64,000 bases of DNA. Source: a virus. The stretch's first letter is position 1; every line of letters starts with the position of its first letter. The notes under the pieces are model-generated. The model had not been told where the DNA came from and ran no database searches. It saw only the letters and a list, made by a program, of their open reading frames with translations. A program made the position numbers and the translations under genes. Location of the stretch: positions 64,001 to 128,000 of the IMG/VR virus record IMGVR_UViG_3300043409_002109, one strand, 5' to 3'. Of this stretch, positions 39,620 to 47,052 are shown piece by piece.

Positions 39620-40227
39620 TTCTGATATCTCTTTAAGGTATTGGTATCTTGATTCCAGGTAGCGAAATTAACTCTACCTTCTACGATGGCGTCTCTGATG
39701 CGCCGCTGAGTCTTGTTCAGATCAGCTTCTCCAGTCTTAATATCGAGGAAAAGCACTTCATCTATATGGTCTTGGGTGCCATCCTTGATGGCAGTGCTAC
39801 CTGCGAAGATTAAATAGTCTACTGGATTCCCTAGATGGTTATAATCCCTGGGATTAAATTCCATTTGAAAGGGAGCGAAATGCTCAGCAGTAAAACCTTT
39901 CTGTACTTGTTTAGACTTTGCAATTGCCTCAGTCCGAATACGTTCTGATTCTTTGGCAATAAATAAGGAGGCGCTTGTATGAGCTTCCTGTGTTGCTGTA
40001 GCAAGCTGGAGTTGTAGTTCTCTCCTTTGTTTAAGGAGATCGTTTTTTGTTAATTCTATTTCTGTAAGAAGTGCTGTTTTAGAACTGAGAAGAGCTTGAT
40101 CGGCTTTGAGTTTAGCTTCCAAAAGATCAATCCGCTCCTTTCTTTTTCGTAGATGATCAGAAGTTGCTGCTGCATGGAATAGAAGTAAAAGGACGAGCCC
40201 AGCTAGGATGCTACTTAAGATTATCAT
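39616..40227 (-). CDS. Membrane-anchored endonuclease related to archaeal Holliday junction resolvase (Endonuc_Holl-like)
   Basis: N-terminal hydrophobic helix, coiled coil, E..AP, LG.PVDY..F, DIKTG...Q.RIRDA. Confidence 0.75.
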   Translation of the reverse strand: MIILSSILAGLVLLLLFHAAATSDHLRKRKERIDLLEAKLKADQALLSSKTALLTEIELTKNDLLKQRRELQLQLATATQEAHTSASLFIAKESERIRTEAIAKSKQVQKGFTAEHFAPFQMEFNPRDYNHLGNPVDYLIFAGSTAIKDGTQDHIDEVLFLDIKTGEADLNKTQRRIRDAIVEGRVNFATWNQDTNTLKRYQK

Positions 40228-40846
40228 TTATAACTAATGTCTCATAGAGAAGCTCAGAGAATTCTTTGCGGGATTTTGCGGAGATCTTCATTTCAAGGAA
40301 GTCCCATATGATATTAAGAATCGCTTCTACGAATTCTCTTTGACCTTGAGCTGTTTTTTTATTTACATAGATAACTCGTTCATCGAAATCTATTTGATGT
40401 CCATCTTTCTCTTGGTGTTCAGTGTACCAAGGAGTAGATTTTATTGTGATGATTGGTGGTATTTTAATCAAAATTTCCTTTTCCTCTGGTTTCCAATGTT
40501 CAAGAGAGGATTCCCTTAAGTATCTATGCAAGCCGGGGATATCTGTTCTGTCTCTGTCTGTAGCTATCTTTAAGAAGCCCTCCAGATCTACAGGTAGGTT
40601 ATCATCATCGACGAATTCACCAACGATATAGTCTGGATCAAAGAACATATCTGCTGAGTCCATAAAGGCCTCTAATAGATAGCGCCTATCCCTATGAGCT
40701 GGATGTTGAAGGCGCACATAATCGAGCATTGCTTGCCAAAGAACCTTTTCAGCTAGCAACTGGTAATCATCTCTTAGAGTTTCATCTAATTCTAAATCAT
40801 TATCCTTCATCATCGTCATCATCTGATGGTTCATGAATGTTTTCAT
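40211..40846 (-). CDS. Hypothetical protein
   Basis: Packed ORF. Confidence 0.55.
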   Translation of the reverse strand: MKTFMNHQMMTMMKDNDLELDETLRDDYQLLAEKVLWQAMLDYVRLQHPAHRDRRYLLEAFMDSADMFFDPDYIVGEFVDDDNLPVDLEGFLKIATDRDRTDIPGLHRYLRESSLEHWKPEEKEILIKIPPIITIKSTPWYTEHQEKDGHQIDFDERVIYVNKKTAQGQREFVEAILNIIWDFLEMKISAKSRKEFSELLYETLVINDNLK

Positions 40847-41063
40847 CCAACCAAGCTTCAGTAGACATCCCTAGAAGAAGAGATAGGAATGCTTCTCCGT
40901 TGGGAGTCTCCTTTAGAGCGCAAAACAGATCCATCAGTTCATTCGCATCTTCTGGAATAAGGTCTAATTGATTTTGTACGTCATCGACAAAGAGCACTGC
41001 GAAATCTGCTTCTCTGCCTCTGAACACTCTAAATATTTGTTCGTTACGTCTAGCGCTTCTCAT
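40800..41063 (-). CDS. Hypothetical acidic-tail protein
   Basis: Packed ORF. Confidence 0.55.
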   Translation of the reverse strand: MRSARRNEQIFRVFRGREADFAVLFVDDVQNQLDLIPEDANELMDLFCALKETPNGEAFLSLLLGMSTEAWLDENIHEPSDDDDDEG

Positions 41064-41180
41064 TGATTCTCTCTATTAAGATCTTTATATTTTTCTTTAT
41101 CTTAGATTGCTTGGTTTTAGAATTCTTAAGTGCCAAAGCTCTTAGGAATATTTCTGTAATTTCTTTAGAAGAAGACATGG

Positions 41181-41744
41181 TTACTCTCTCAGTTTGAGTT
41201 CTAAGTGCATTAAGAACCCTAGTTGCTCTAATGTCTTACGTATTTCAATAAGTGTATCTTTTTGATCCTTGAAGAAATCTTTAGCAATTTTAGAAGCTGT
41301 TTTCATATAGCCTATGTCTAAACAGGTGTCAGCCATTTGAGATATGACAGAACTTGCAGGACGACGAGCTTTATTTGTTTCGTATCTCTTTACAAGAGCT
41401 GTTGTAATATCAGCTTTTTTCACTTGGCTTCCCTCTGTCAGGGCAGTAAGCATAGAGTTGGCACGAGAATAAAGAACGTGAGCAGTTTGAAGTTTTCTTA
41501 GAAGTTCAATATATATTGAGCGTAAGTCGTCAGGGCTAGGGTCCTTCGGAATACGAATAGATAAATCAATTCCCCATTCTTGTAAAGTCTTATCGTAAAA
41601 TTTATAGCTCTCTATGAAATTTTGTGTTGCCGCTGAATGTTGTTCAGCAGAAGCTAATACCTCTGAGATCAAATCTTCTGGAGTATATCTGTCTGTTTCA
41701 ATGGTTTCATTGTCATCTTCTTCTTCGTCTTGATCTAATCTCAT
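41181..41744 (-). CDS. Helical hypothetical protein (possibly UvsY-like)
   Basis: All-helical pattern; recombination neighbourhood. Confidence 0.45.
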   Translation of the reverse strand: MRLDQDEEEDDNETIETDRYTPEDLISEVLASAEQHSAATQNFIESYKFYDKTLQEWGIDLSIRIPKDPSPDDLRSIYIELLRKLQTAHVLYSRANSMLTALTEGSQVKKADITTALVKRYETNKARRPASSVISQMADTCLDIGYMKTASKIAKDFFKDQKDTLIEIRKTLEQLGFLMHLELKLRE

Positions 41745-41767
41745 TTATTTTCCTATGATTGAAATGA

Positions 41768-41794
41768 AGAGGGGGAGGCTATGCCTCCCCCTCT
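41768..41794. terminator. Intergenic 12-bp triloop hairpin
   Basis: AGAGGGGGAGGC-TAT-GCCTCCCCCTCT downstream of spoVG. Confidence 0.6.
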
Positions 41795-41811
41795 ATTAAG
41801 CTAGAAGTAGT

Positions 41812-42225
41812 TTACCACTCATCGCTTATTGGGTCTGTCTTCCGTGGAGCGCTTGGGCGGCCGCCAGAAGGGTTGCTACGACTGGCCTGGGCTGAGCCCC
41901 CTGCACTAGTATTGGATGGCCGCTTGGCACCTATACCGCGCTTATACTCTTCGAGTATAGCGGCGCTAATCGCCTCCTCTACAGGACCGCGGCGATTATC
42001 ATCGCCCTTGTCTTCTAGATAGTTCACGTCATTGAAGTACTTCTCAGCACCTTCCTTATCCACTCCCTTATGGGAGGGAGGAGTCACGAAGACGCCGTTG
42101 CGACCATCAAAGATCTTATAGCCTTCTATGGCAATAACATCATTAATGATTAGAGTAGCAAAGGCCTTTAGGCTGTTGCTGGAGCTGATGGTCCGCACTT
42201 TGGCGGTGAAGTTTAAATTACTCAT
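41812..42225 (-). CDS. spoVG: SpoVG-family nucleic-acid-binding protein with SSB-like tail
   Basis: LKAFA.L......I.G.KI.DGRNG.FV.PPS.K...Y.D...AILEEY; flexible tail ending SDEW. Confidence 0.85.
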   Translation of the reverse strand: MSNLNFTAKVRTISSSNSLKAFATLIINDVIAIEGYKIFDGRNGVFVTPPSHKGVDKEGAEKYFNDVNYLEDKGDDNRRGPVEEAISAAILEEYKRGIGAKRPSNTSAGGSAQASRSNPSGGRPSAPRKTDPISDEW

Positions 42226-42412
42226 TATTTTCCTTACTTTGATTTTTCATATAATGATCCCTAGCTAGTCCCCAGGCTATATCATCTAGTGTATCGTTAT
42301 ATTTTTTTATGATTAAATTTGTGCCGCTTGTAGCGGCTTGATAAGTAACTCTACGTGTTGCCGGGAACCGTAGGGCTAACTCTAGGAGTCTTGCCATGTT
42401 CATCAGTAGCAT
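42218..42412 (-). CDS. Hypothetical protein
   Basis: Packed ORF. Confidence 0.45.
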   Translation of the reverse strand: MLLMNMARLLELALRFPATRRVTYQAATSGTNLIIKKYNDTLDDIAWGLARDHYMKNQSKENNE

Positions 42413-42662
42413 TTGTTGTAACCTTGTTCTGGGTTAAGAATATTTTATAGAAGTATCCTAGGTCTAAAGCCATTAAGGCTAATTCATAGGAACTGCATTT
42501 ACTCAGTATTCTCTTCTCTTCTAGGTAGTCGATAAAAGTTCTAACGAGTTCCTCATGAGGAATGCGTTGATCTTTCATACTTCTTTCTACTAATTGTTTT
42601 ACTAACTCTGAAGAGTCAAGGGTTACGTTACCTTGAGAAGTTTCGACAACCCATTGGATCAT
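42351..42662 (-). CDS. Hypothetical protein
   Basis: ATGA overlap. Confidence 0.55.
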   Translation of the reverse strand: MIQWVVETSQGNVTLDSSELVKQLVERSMKDQRIPHEELVRTFIDYLEEKRILSKCSSYELALMALDLGYFYKIFLTQNKVTTNATDEHGKTPRVSPTVPGNT

Positions 42663-43165
42663 GACTTTAATCGCACCTGGAGCTTAAGGATAAGCTCTCG
42701 CAACTCGTCTATCTCTGCAAATAACTCTTCGTTGTCATCTTCCCATCCGACTAGGTAAGGAGCCATGCTCATTAAGGTCTGACGAAGGACACGCCACTCG
42801 CCATCTGTTAAAGAGACTTTTACCTCACGTCTGTTGTCGCCCTTACCTTCTCCAAGACTTAGAAAATAACCTGACTCTTGGCCTGGATTAACTCTAAGCT
42901 TCTTGGGGGTATCTTCAGACTGGTGAAAGATATCTACGGTATCGCCATTAAAGATATTTGTTATATCTGTGAATGATATTGCGAATGTAATCTTTTTGCT
43001 CCAGTCCCAGGAGAGGTCTCGGCCAGTGCCGGTACCGGGTGCTGCTTCTAAAAGAACTGCCCCCTCCTTCTCTAGAAAACCTTTCTCATTTAGCCGGGGT
43101 GGAATCAGTCTAAGCTGTGCAGCTCCACCCTTTTTGTAGAATTTTAATGTACCTTTTCTTGACAT
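42659..43165 (-). CDS. Whirly-like ssDNA-binding protein
   Basis: FYKKGGAA (cf. YKGKAAL), G.VLLE.AP, WDW..K.TF..S.TDI, FH, GYFLSL, EW.VL...PYL.GW. Confidence 0.7.
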   Translation of the reverse strand: MSRKGTLKFYKKGGAAQLRLIPPRLNEKGFLEKEGAVLLEAAPGTGTGRDLSWDWSKKITFAISFTDITNIFNGDTVDIFHQSEDTPKKLRVNPGQESGYFLSLGEGKGDNRREVKVSLTDGEWRVLRQTLMSMAPYLVGWEDDNEELFAEIDELRELILKLQVRLKS

Positions 43166-43167
43166 TC

Positions 43168-43425
43168 TTACTCTTTTAGTTGTGCAATCCAATCTAGCAT
43201 TATTAGTCCTTGTAAGGCCATGCTGTTTCCAATTGTTTCGCCGTTAGTTGTTCGGTCTTTCATAACAATATGAAAGACATTGTGTTTATCCACCGATCTA
43301 GTGTCAGGAGGAACTCCGATTTCCTCGAAGCCCTCAAGCACTAGAAGGTTGGCTATTAAAGATATTTTATCAGAAATAGAGAGACCATACAACTGTTCTC
43401 TCATAATTTCTATTTTATTTGTCAT
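43168..43425 (-). CDS. Hypothetical protein
   Basis: Packed ORF. Confidence 0.55.
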   Translation of the reverse strand: MTNKIEIMREQLYGLSISDKISLIANLLVLEGFEEIGVPPDTRSVDKHNVFHIVMKDRTTNGETIGNSMALQGLIMLDWIAQLKE

Positions 43426-44281
43426 ACTCTTTGCGCGTCCATAAATGTATCTCAGTTGCTAGTTGACAGATAGCAGACCTGTACTGAGTCTTTAATTCTA
43501 CTATAGAAGAGATAGGGGACTCCAAGAATGGGGTGCTATCAGCTATGGTGTATAGTCCAGTCTGGTTCAGGGGTACTTTGATATCTATCTGGTTCAGATC
43601 ACCTAGCGCAATGAATTTTGAGTTCTCACCCATTCTGGATAGTAGGGTATTCATCTCTGGCCAAGTAGTGTTTTGAGCTTCATCTATTAGGAAGGTGCAG
43701 TTCTCATAAGTGCATCCTCGGGTCAACTCTAATGGGATGAACTCAAGGTCTTTGTTATCTATCATTTGTTTAAGGTAGTTATCTGCTTTATTTCCTAGGA
43801 TCTTTTTAAGAACAATTTCGAAGGAAGCGAGGTATGGCGCATACTTCTCTTCGAACGACCCTGGCACAGCACCGAATGCTTTGCCTTGGCCCACCATTAT
43901 GGCGGGCTTACATAGAATAATCTTCTTCTTCTGGCTAAGGTATTGATCAAATGCATAAGATAAAGCTAATGAAGACTTGCCGGTGCCTGCAGCGCCAAGC
44001 GCTATATTCACTAAGATGGTTTCGTTGAGAAGGGCCTCAGCAAAAGCAGATTGATGAGCGTCCCGCGTAGTGATGCTCCCTAGCTTATACGTCCCGCCAG
44101 CGAGAACAAACTCGCCGTTACCAAGATGACGAGCAAAAGCTGTATGTTTTTCATTCATTTCAGAGCGAAAAATTACACAAGAGTTTACTGGTATATAAAC
44201 TGTCTCTATGCAGATGCGACGTTTGTCGTACAAGCTTTCAACGAAATAGGAAGGAACAAGAATTTCTTTTACGCAATGCAT
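43415..44281 (-). CDS. phoH: PhoH-family ATPase
   Basis: GAAGTGKS, G..PGS..EK, RGCT, IDEAQN, SRMGENSK, GD..QID. Confidence 0.92.
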   Translation of the reverse strand: MHCVKEILVPSYFVESLYDKRRICIETVYIPVNSCVIFRSEMNEKHTAFARHLGNGEFVLAGGTYKLGSITTRDAHQSAFAEALLNETILVNIALGAAGTGKSSLALSYAFDQYLSQKKKIILCKPAIMVGQGKAFGAVPGSFEEKYAPYLASFEIVLKKILGNKADNYLKQMIDNKDLEFIPLELTRGCTYENCTFLIDEAQNTTWPEMNTLLSRMGENSKFIALGDLNQIDIKVPLNQTGLYTIADSTPFLESPISSIVELKTQYRSAICQLATEIHLWTRKEYDK

Positions 44282-44426
44282 TTAATAACTTTCCTATAGT
44301 TAATGGAAGCAATCATTACTTTCCATAGCTATAGAGTAACAGAAGGAACTTTTATTTGTCATCGTTTTTAGATTAAAACACTTGACTCGGCACAGCGACA
44401 TCAAAATGTTAATAAAAAAGAATATT

Positions 44427-44451
44427 AATAGAGAAGCGAAGCTTCTCTATT
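44427..44451. terminator. 11-bp hairpin with GAA triloop
   Basis: AATAGAGAAGC-GAA-GCTTCTCTATT; T-run follows shortly on the - strand. Confidence 0.5.
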
Positions 44452-44683
44452 CCGGACTCTGGCAATCTAAATTTTCATAATCAGGTATTAATATATCTCC
44501 ATAAGATTCTATATTTTCTAATTTTATTAATGGAGAAATTGCTATTCCATTTTCGTAATTGTTTTCTACGAAACTGTCAACATCAAAAATTCCTGGGGGG
44601 ACGTAAAGGATTCTACAACCTTTTAATTCTGTATAAGTTTCTCCGTCACTTAAAACTACTACTAACATACTATTAGTTTCCAT
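44447..44683 (-). CDS. Hypothetical protein
   Basis: AAGGA RBS. Confidence 0.55.
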   Translation of the reverse strand: METNSMLVVVLSDGETYTELKGCRILYVPPGIFDVDSFVENNYENGIAISPLIKLENIESYGDILIPDYENLDCQSPE

Positions 44684-44705
44684 TCTTTAATCCTTCGTTA
44701 TTTAA

Positions 44706-44731
44706 ATGATGACGCCCAAAGGCGTCATCAT
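44706..44731 (-). terminator. Hairpin closing the Ubl operon
   Basis: ATGATGACGCC-CAAA-GGCGTCATCAT, 11 nt after the Ubl stop. Confidence 0.6.
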
Positions 44732-44742
44732 CTTGTTCTATT

Positions 44743-45003
44743 TTAGAACTTGGTACAGTAATGCAGTGCGCCTTTGACCACGCCTGTGGCGCTTACGAGG
44801 TCTCCTGCGTAAACCTGCTCACTATCCCAACGATTCTTATCTACGGTCTGGCCGTTGACAGCAATCTCGTTGTTAATGGAGCAGTCGGCATTATAAACTT
44901 CACGCGCACGGTCAAGCACACGACGAAGGGTTACTACGCTTTCACCCGGGAAATCTAGCTGCTTCTGGCCGTTGCCAGGAAGACGAAGAAATTCTACTTT
45001 CAT
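44743..45003 (-). CDS. Ubiquitin-like beta-grasp protein (ThiS/MoaD-like) with C-terminal extension
   Basis: MKVEFL..., TL..VL, IAVNG, V..GD.V.....VKG-ALHYCTKF; directly after E1. Confidence 0.8.
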   Translation of the reverse strand: MKVEFLRLPGNGQKQLDFPGESVVTLRRVLDRAREVYNADCSINNEIAVNGQTVDKNRWDSEQVYAGDLVSATGVVKGALHYCTKF

Positions 45004-45005
45004 TT

Positions 45006-45755
45006 TTAATTCTCTGATTGTTCTGTTGTTGAAGCACGACACAAAGATCGTACAGTAAGATTGGGAGCAAAGTGGAACATAGTCCTACGACGGTCTAGCA
45101 TGTTCCAAGGTTCACCAGTAGAGTCTTGAATCATTCGATCACACATCTGATGGACCAGGAAAGATACTGTGTTGAATACTAGGGTACTACATATCTTACG
45201 ATTGCATGGACCTTCTGGTGTTTCAGCATCATTCCCTAAGCTGTTAAGCCAAACGTCTACTTGCTCACTATCTAGATTATCTAGAAGATTTACTTGGCCG
45301 AAGTCAAATCCAAGCCTTGTCTCGAAAACTCCAAGAATCTGAGGATTCATCCGGAAGACTTCAGCGACTGCTCGTCTAGAGTCAAAAGAATCTGTAGCCA
45401 GAACTAAAGGTCCGCCTTCTGCAATAGTCGATTCTTTCGAAAAGAATTCTGCATGAGTAGTTACATCTATTTCTGGATTGAATCTGCGGAGTACATGTGC
45501 AAGTGCATCTACCTTTTGCAGGCCTATGTGTTCAACATCATAGGCCTGATTGGGAAGATTGTGTGGCTCGACCTGATCACGATCCCAAAGATCGAAACGA
45601 GTAAAGCCCATTCGAGCTGCTAAGAGAGCAGCATTGCTGCCAACAGCCCCACAGCCTACAACAATAACTCTGCATTCAGCTAAAGCAGGATTAAACCAAG
45701 AAGAATGTCTTTGAAAACTAACCTTCTTCTCAAATTCAACGGGCGCTTGCGTCAT
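45006..45755 (-). CDS. E1-like ThiF/MoeB adenylyltransferase
   Basis: GCGAVG, DRDQVEPHNLPNQ, KVDAL, ATDS..SR, candidate catalytic Cys in EGPCNRK. Confidence 0.92.
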   Translation of the reverse strand: MTQAPVEFEKKVSFQRHSSWFNPALAECRVIVVGCGAVGSNAALLAARMGFTRFDLWDRDQVEPHNLPNQAYDVEHIGLQKVDALAHVLRRFNPEIDVTTHAEFFSKESTIAEGGPLVLATDSFDSRRAVAEVFRMNPQILGVFETRLGFDFGQVNLLDNLDSEQVDVWLNSLGNDAETPEGPCNRKICSTLVFNTVSFLVHQMCDRMIQDSTGEPWNMLDRRRTMFHFAPNLTVRSLCRASTTEQSEN

Positions 45756-47052
45756 TTTCTTTCCTGGACTTTTTATTCTTATTCTTATTCTTATTCTCGT
45801 AAGCGTTAACGTTCTTGAGGAAAAGCTTCATCCATTCATTGTCTAGCTCTTTAGCAATTCCTGGCATTCTCTCAGAAAGTTTATAACCAAAAGCAATTTC
45901 AGCAGCAGCAACAAAGAGATCTGCACCAAAGGTGTCTTGCCCTATAGCAAGCTGTCTAAAATCTTCTCTAGCATCTTTATAAGGAGCCATAGAATCAGCG
46001 TTCACCTTAAAAGCATAGAGAGTTGGAACATCATTCTTGTCTTCTTCGAATAGAAGAGCACTCATAATTTTCCAACAGTACTTAGCTTCTAACGAGTCTG
46101 GATCCCCAAAATACTGATCCATTTCTTTCATGAACCTCGCAGTAGGAACTTCACTAGCTTGAAGTGTCTTAGCGTTTGTAATAGCTTCTGCACATTCAGA
46201 AAGAGTTGGGTAACTTGGTGCGACCCAAGAAAGAATAAATCCATCTTTAATCGAAGTGTTCTGGCCAGTCTGTTTCGTCGTAGAGTCCTGGGACTTTCCA
46301 CCAGTGTGGGTTTGCCCCTGCACAGGAAAATTTTTAGTGCCATTACTATTATTGCTACCTCCTGTATAAGCAGTAGAGGTATGAACTCTTGTCTTAATTC
46401 TTTCTTTCAGGAGGGTGTCAATTTTCGCAAAGTCGAATCCATCGGAGATATGAAAGGTGGCATTTTGTACCTCGGCCCCCAAAACCGGATCGTAAAGACG
46501 ACAAAAGTATTCATCTTTCTGATTAAGGATTACCATCATAACAGGCTGAGAAGGATTATCTTCTGTGATTTTACGAGCAATCCAATCTTTCCACTGCTCA
46601 TTATCAGTACCGCTTGGATTACAAGCCATCTGGACGTGAGAGTGACACCAGACTGCCATACGAGAACAGTCTAGGTTGAATGCTTCTAGAGCTTCATCTC
46701 TGGGGGGGATTCTATTGCCCTCTTCATCCACTGGAGGAACCAAAGTCCCTTCAGTGTTACGAACCATCAGGCCATGACGCTCGCGAAGCTCGAATGCAAG
46801 CTTCAAAAGCATGTTCCCGTCAGTCTCGACTGTTTGTCCAGTAACAGTTTGTTCTGGAATTAGAATATCAGAAATGAAATAGTGAATCATCTTATTCTTA
46901 TGATCGACTTCTCTATCTATCATATGAAACCACTGACATTCTTGTGCGTTACACTTAGCAGTTAGATACCTTGCCTGCTCTAGTGCAAATCGATCCCAGG
47001 TTATCTGGTATCGATACCGTGTACTAAGCAGTTCCGGTGTTGTTGCTTTCAT
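45736..47052 (-). CDS. JAB/MPN+ metallo-isopeptidase (DUB-like) with C-terminal extension
   Basis: N-terminal catalytic E (AQECQW) and WCHSHVQMACNPSGTD = HxH-x7-S-x2-D JAMM motif. Confidence 0.88.
   Translation of the reverse strand: MKATTPELLSTRYRYQITWDRFALEQARYLTAKCNAQECQWFHMIDREVDHKNKMIHYFISDILIPEQTVTGQTVETDGNMLLKLAFELRERHGLMVRNTEGTLVPPVDEEGNRIPPRDEALEAFNLDCSRMAVWCHSHVQMACNPSGTDNEQWKDWIARKITEDNPSQPVMMVILNQKDEYFCRLYDPVLGAEVQNATFHISDGFDFAKIDTLLKERIKTRVHTSTAYTGGSNNSNGTKNFPVQGQTHTGGKSQDSTTKQTGQNTSIKDGFILSWVAPSYPTLSECAEAITNAKTLQASEVPTARFMKEMDQYFGDPDSLEAKYCWKIMSALLFEEDKNDVPTLYAFKVNADSMAPYKDAREDFRQLAIGQDTFGADLFVAAAEIAFGYKLSERMPGIAKELDNEWMKLFLKNVNAYENKNKNKNKKSRKENDASAR

Noticed and set aside
45006-45755. 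ThiF/MoeB as a thiamine or molybdopterin auxiliary metabolic gene
   Set aside because: There is no thiG, moaE or cysM. Its neighbours are JAB and an E2-like gene, which favours protein conjugation.
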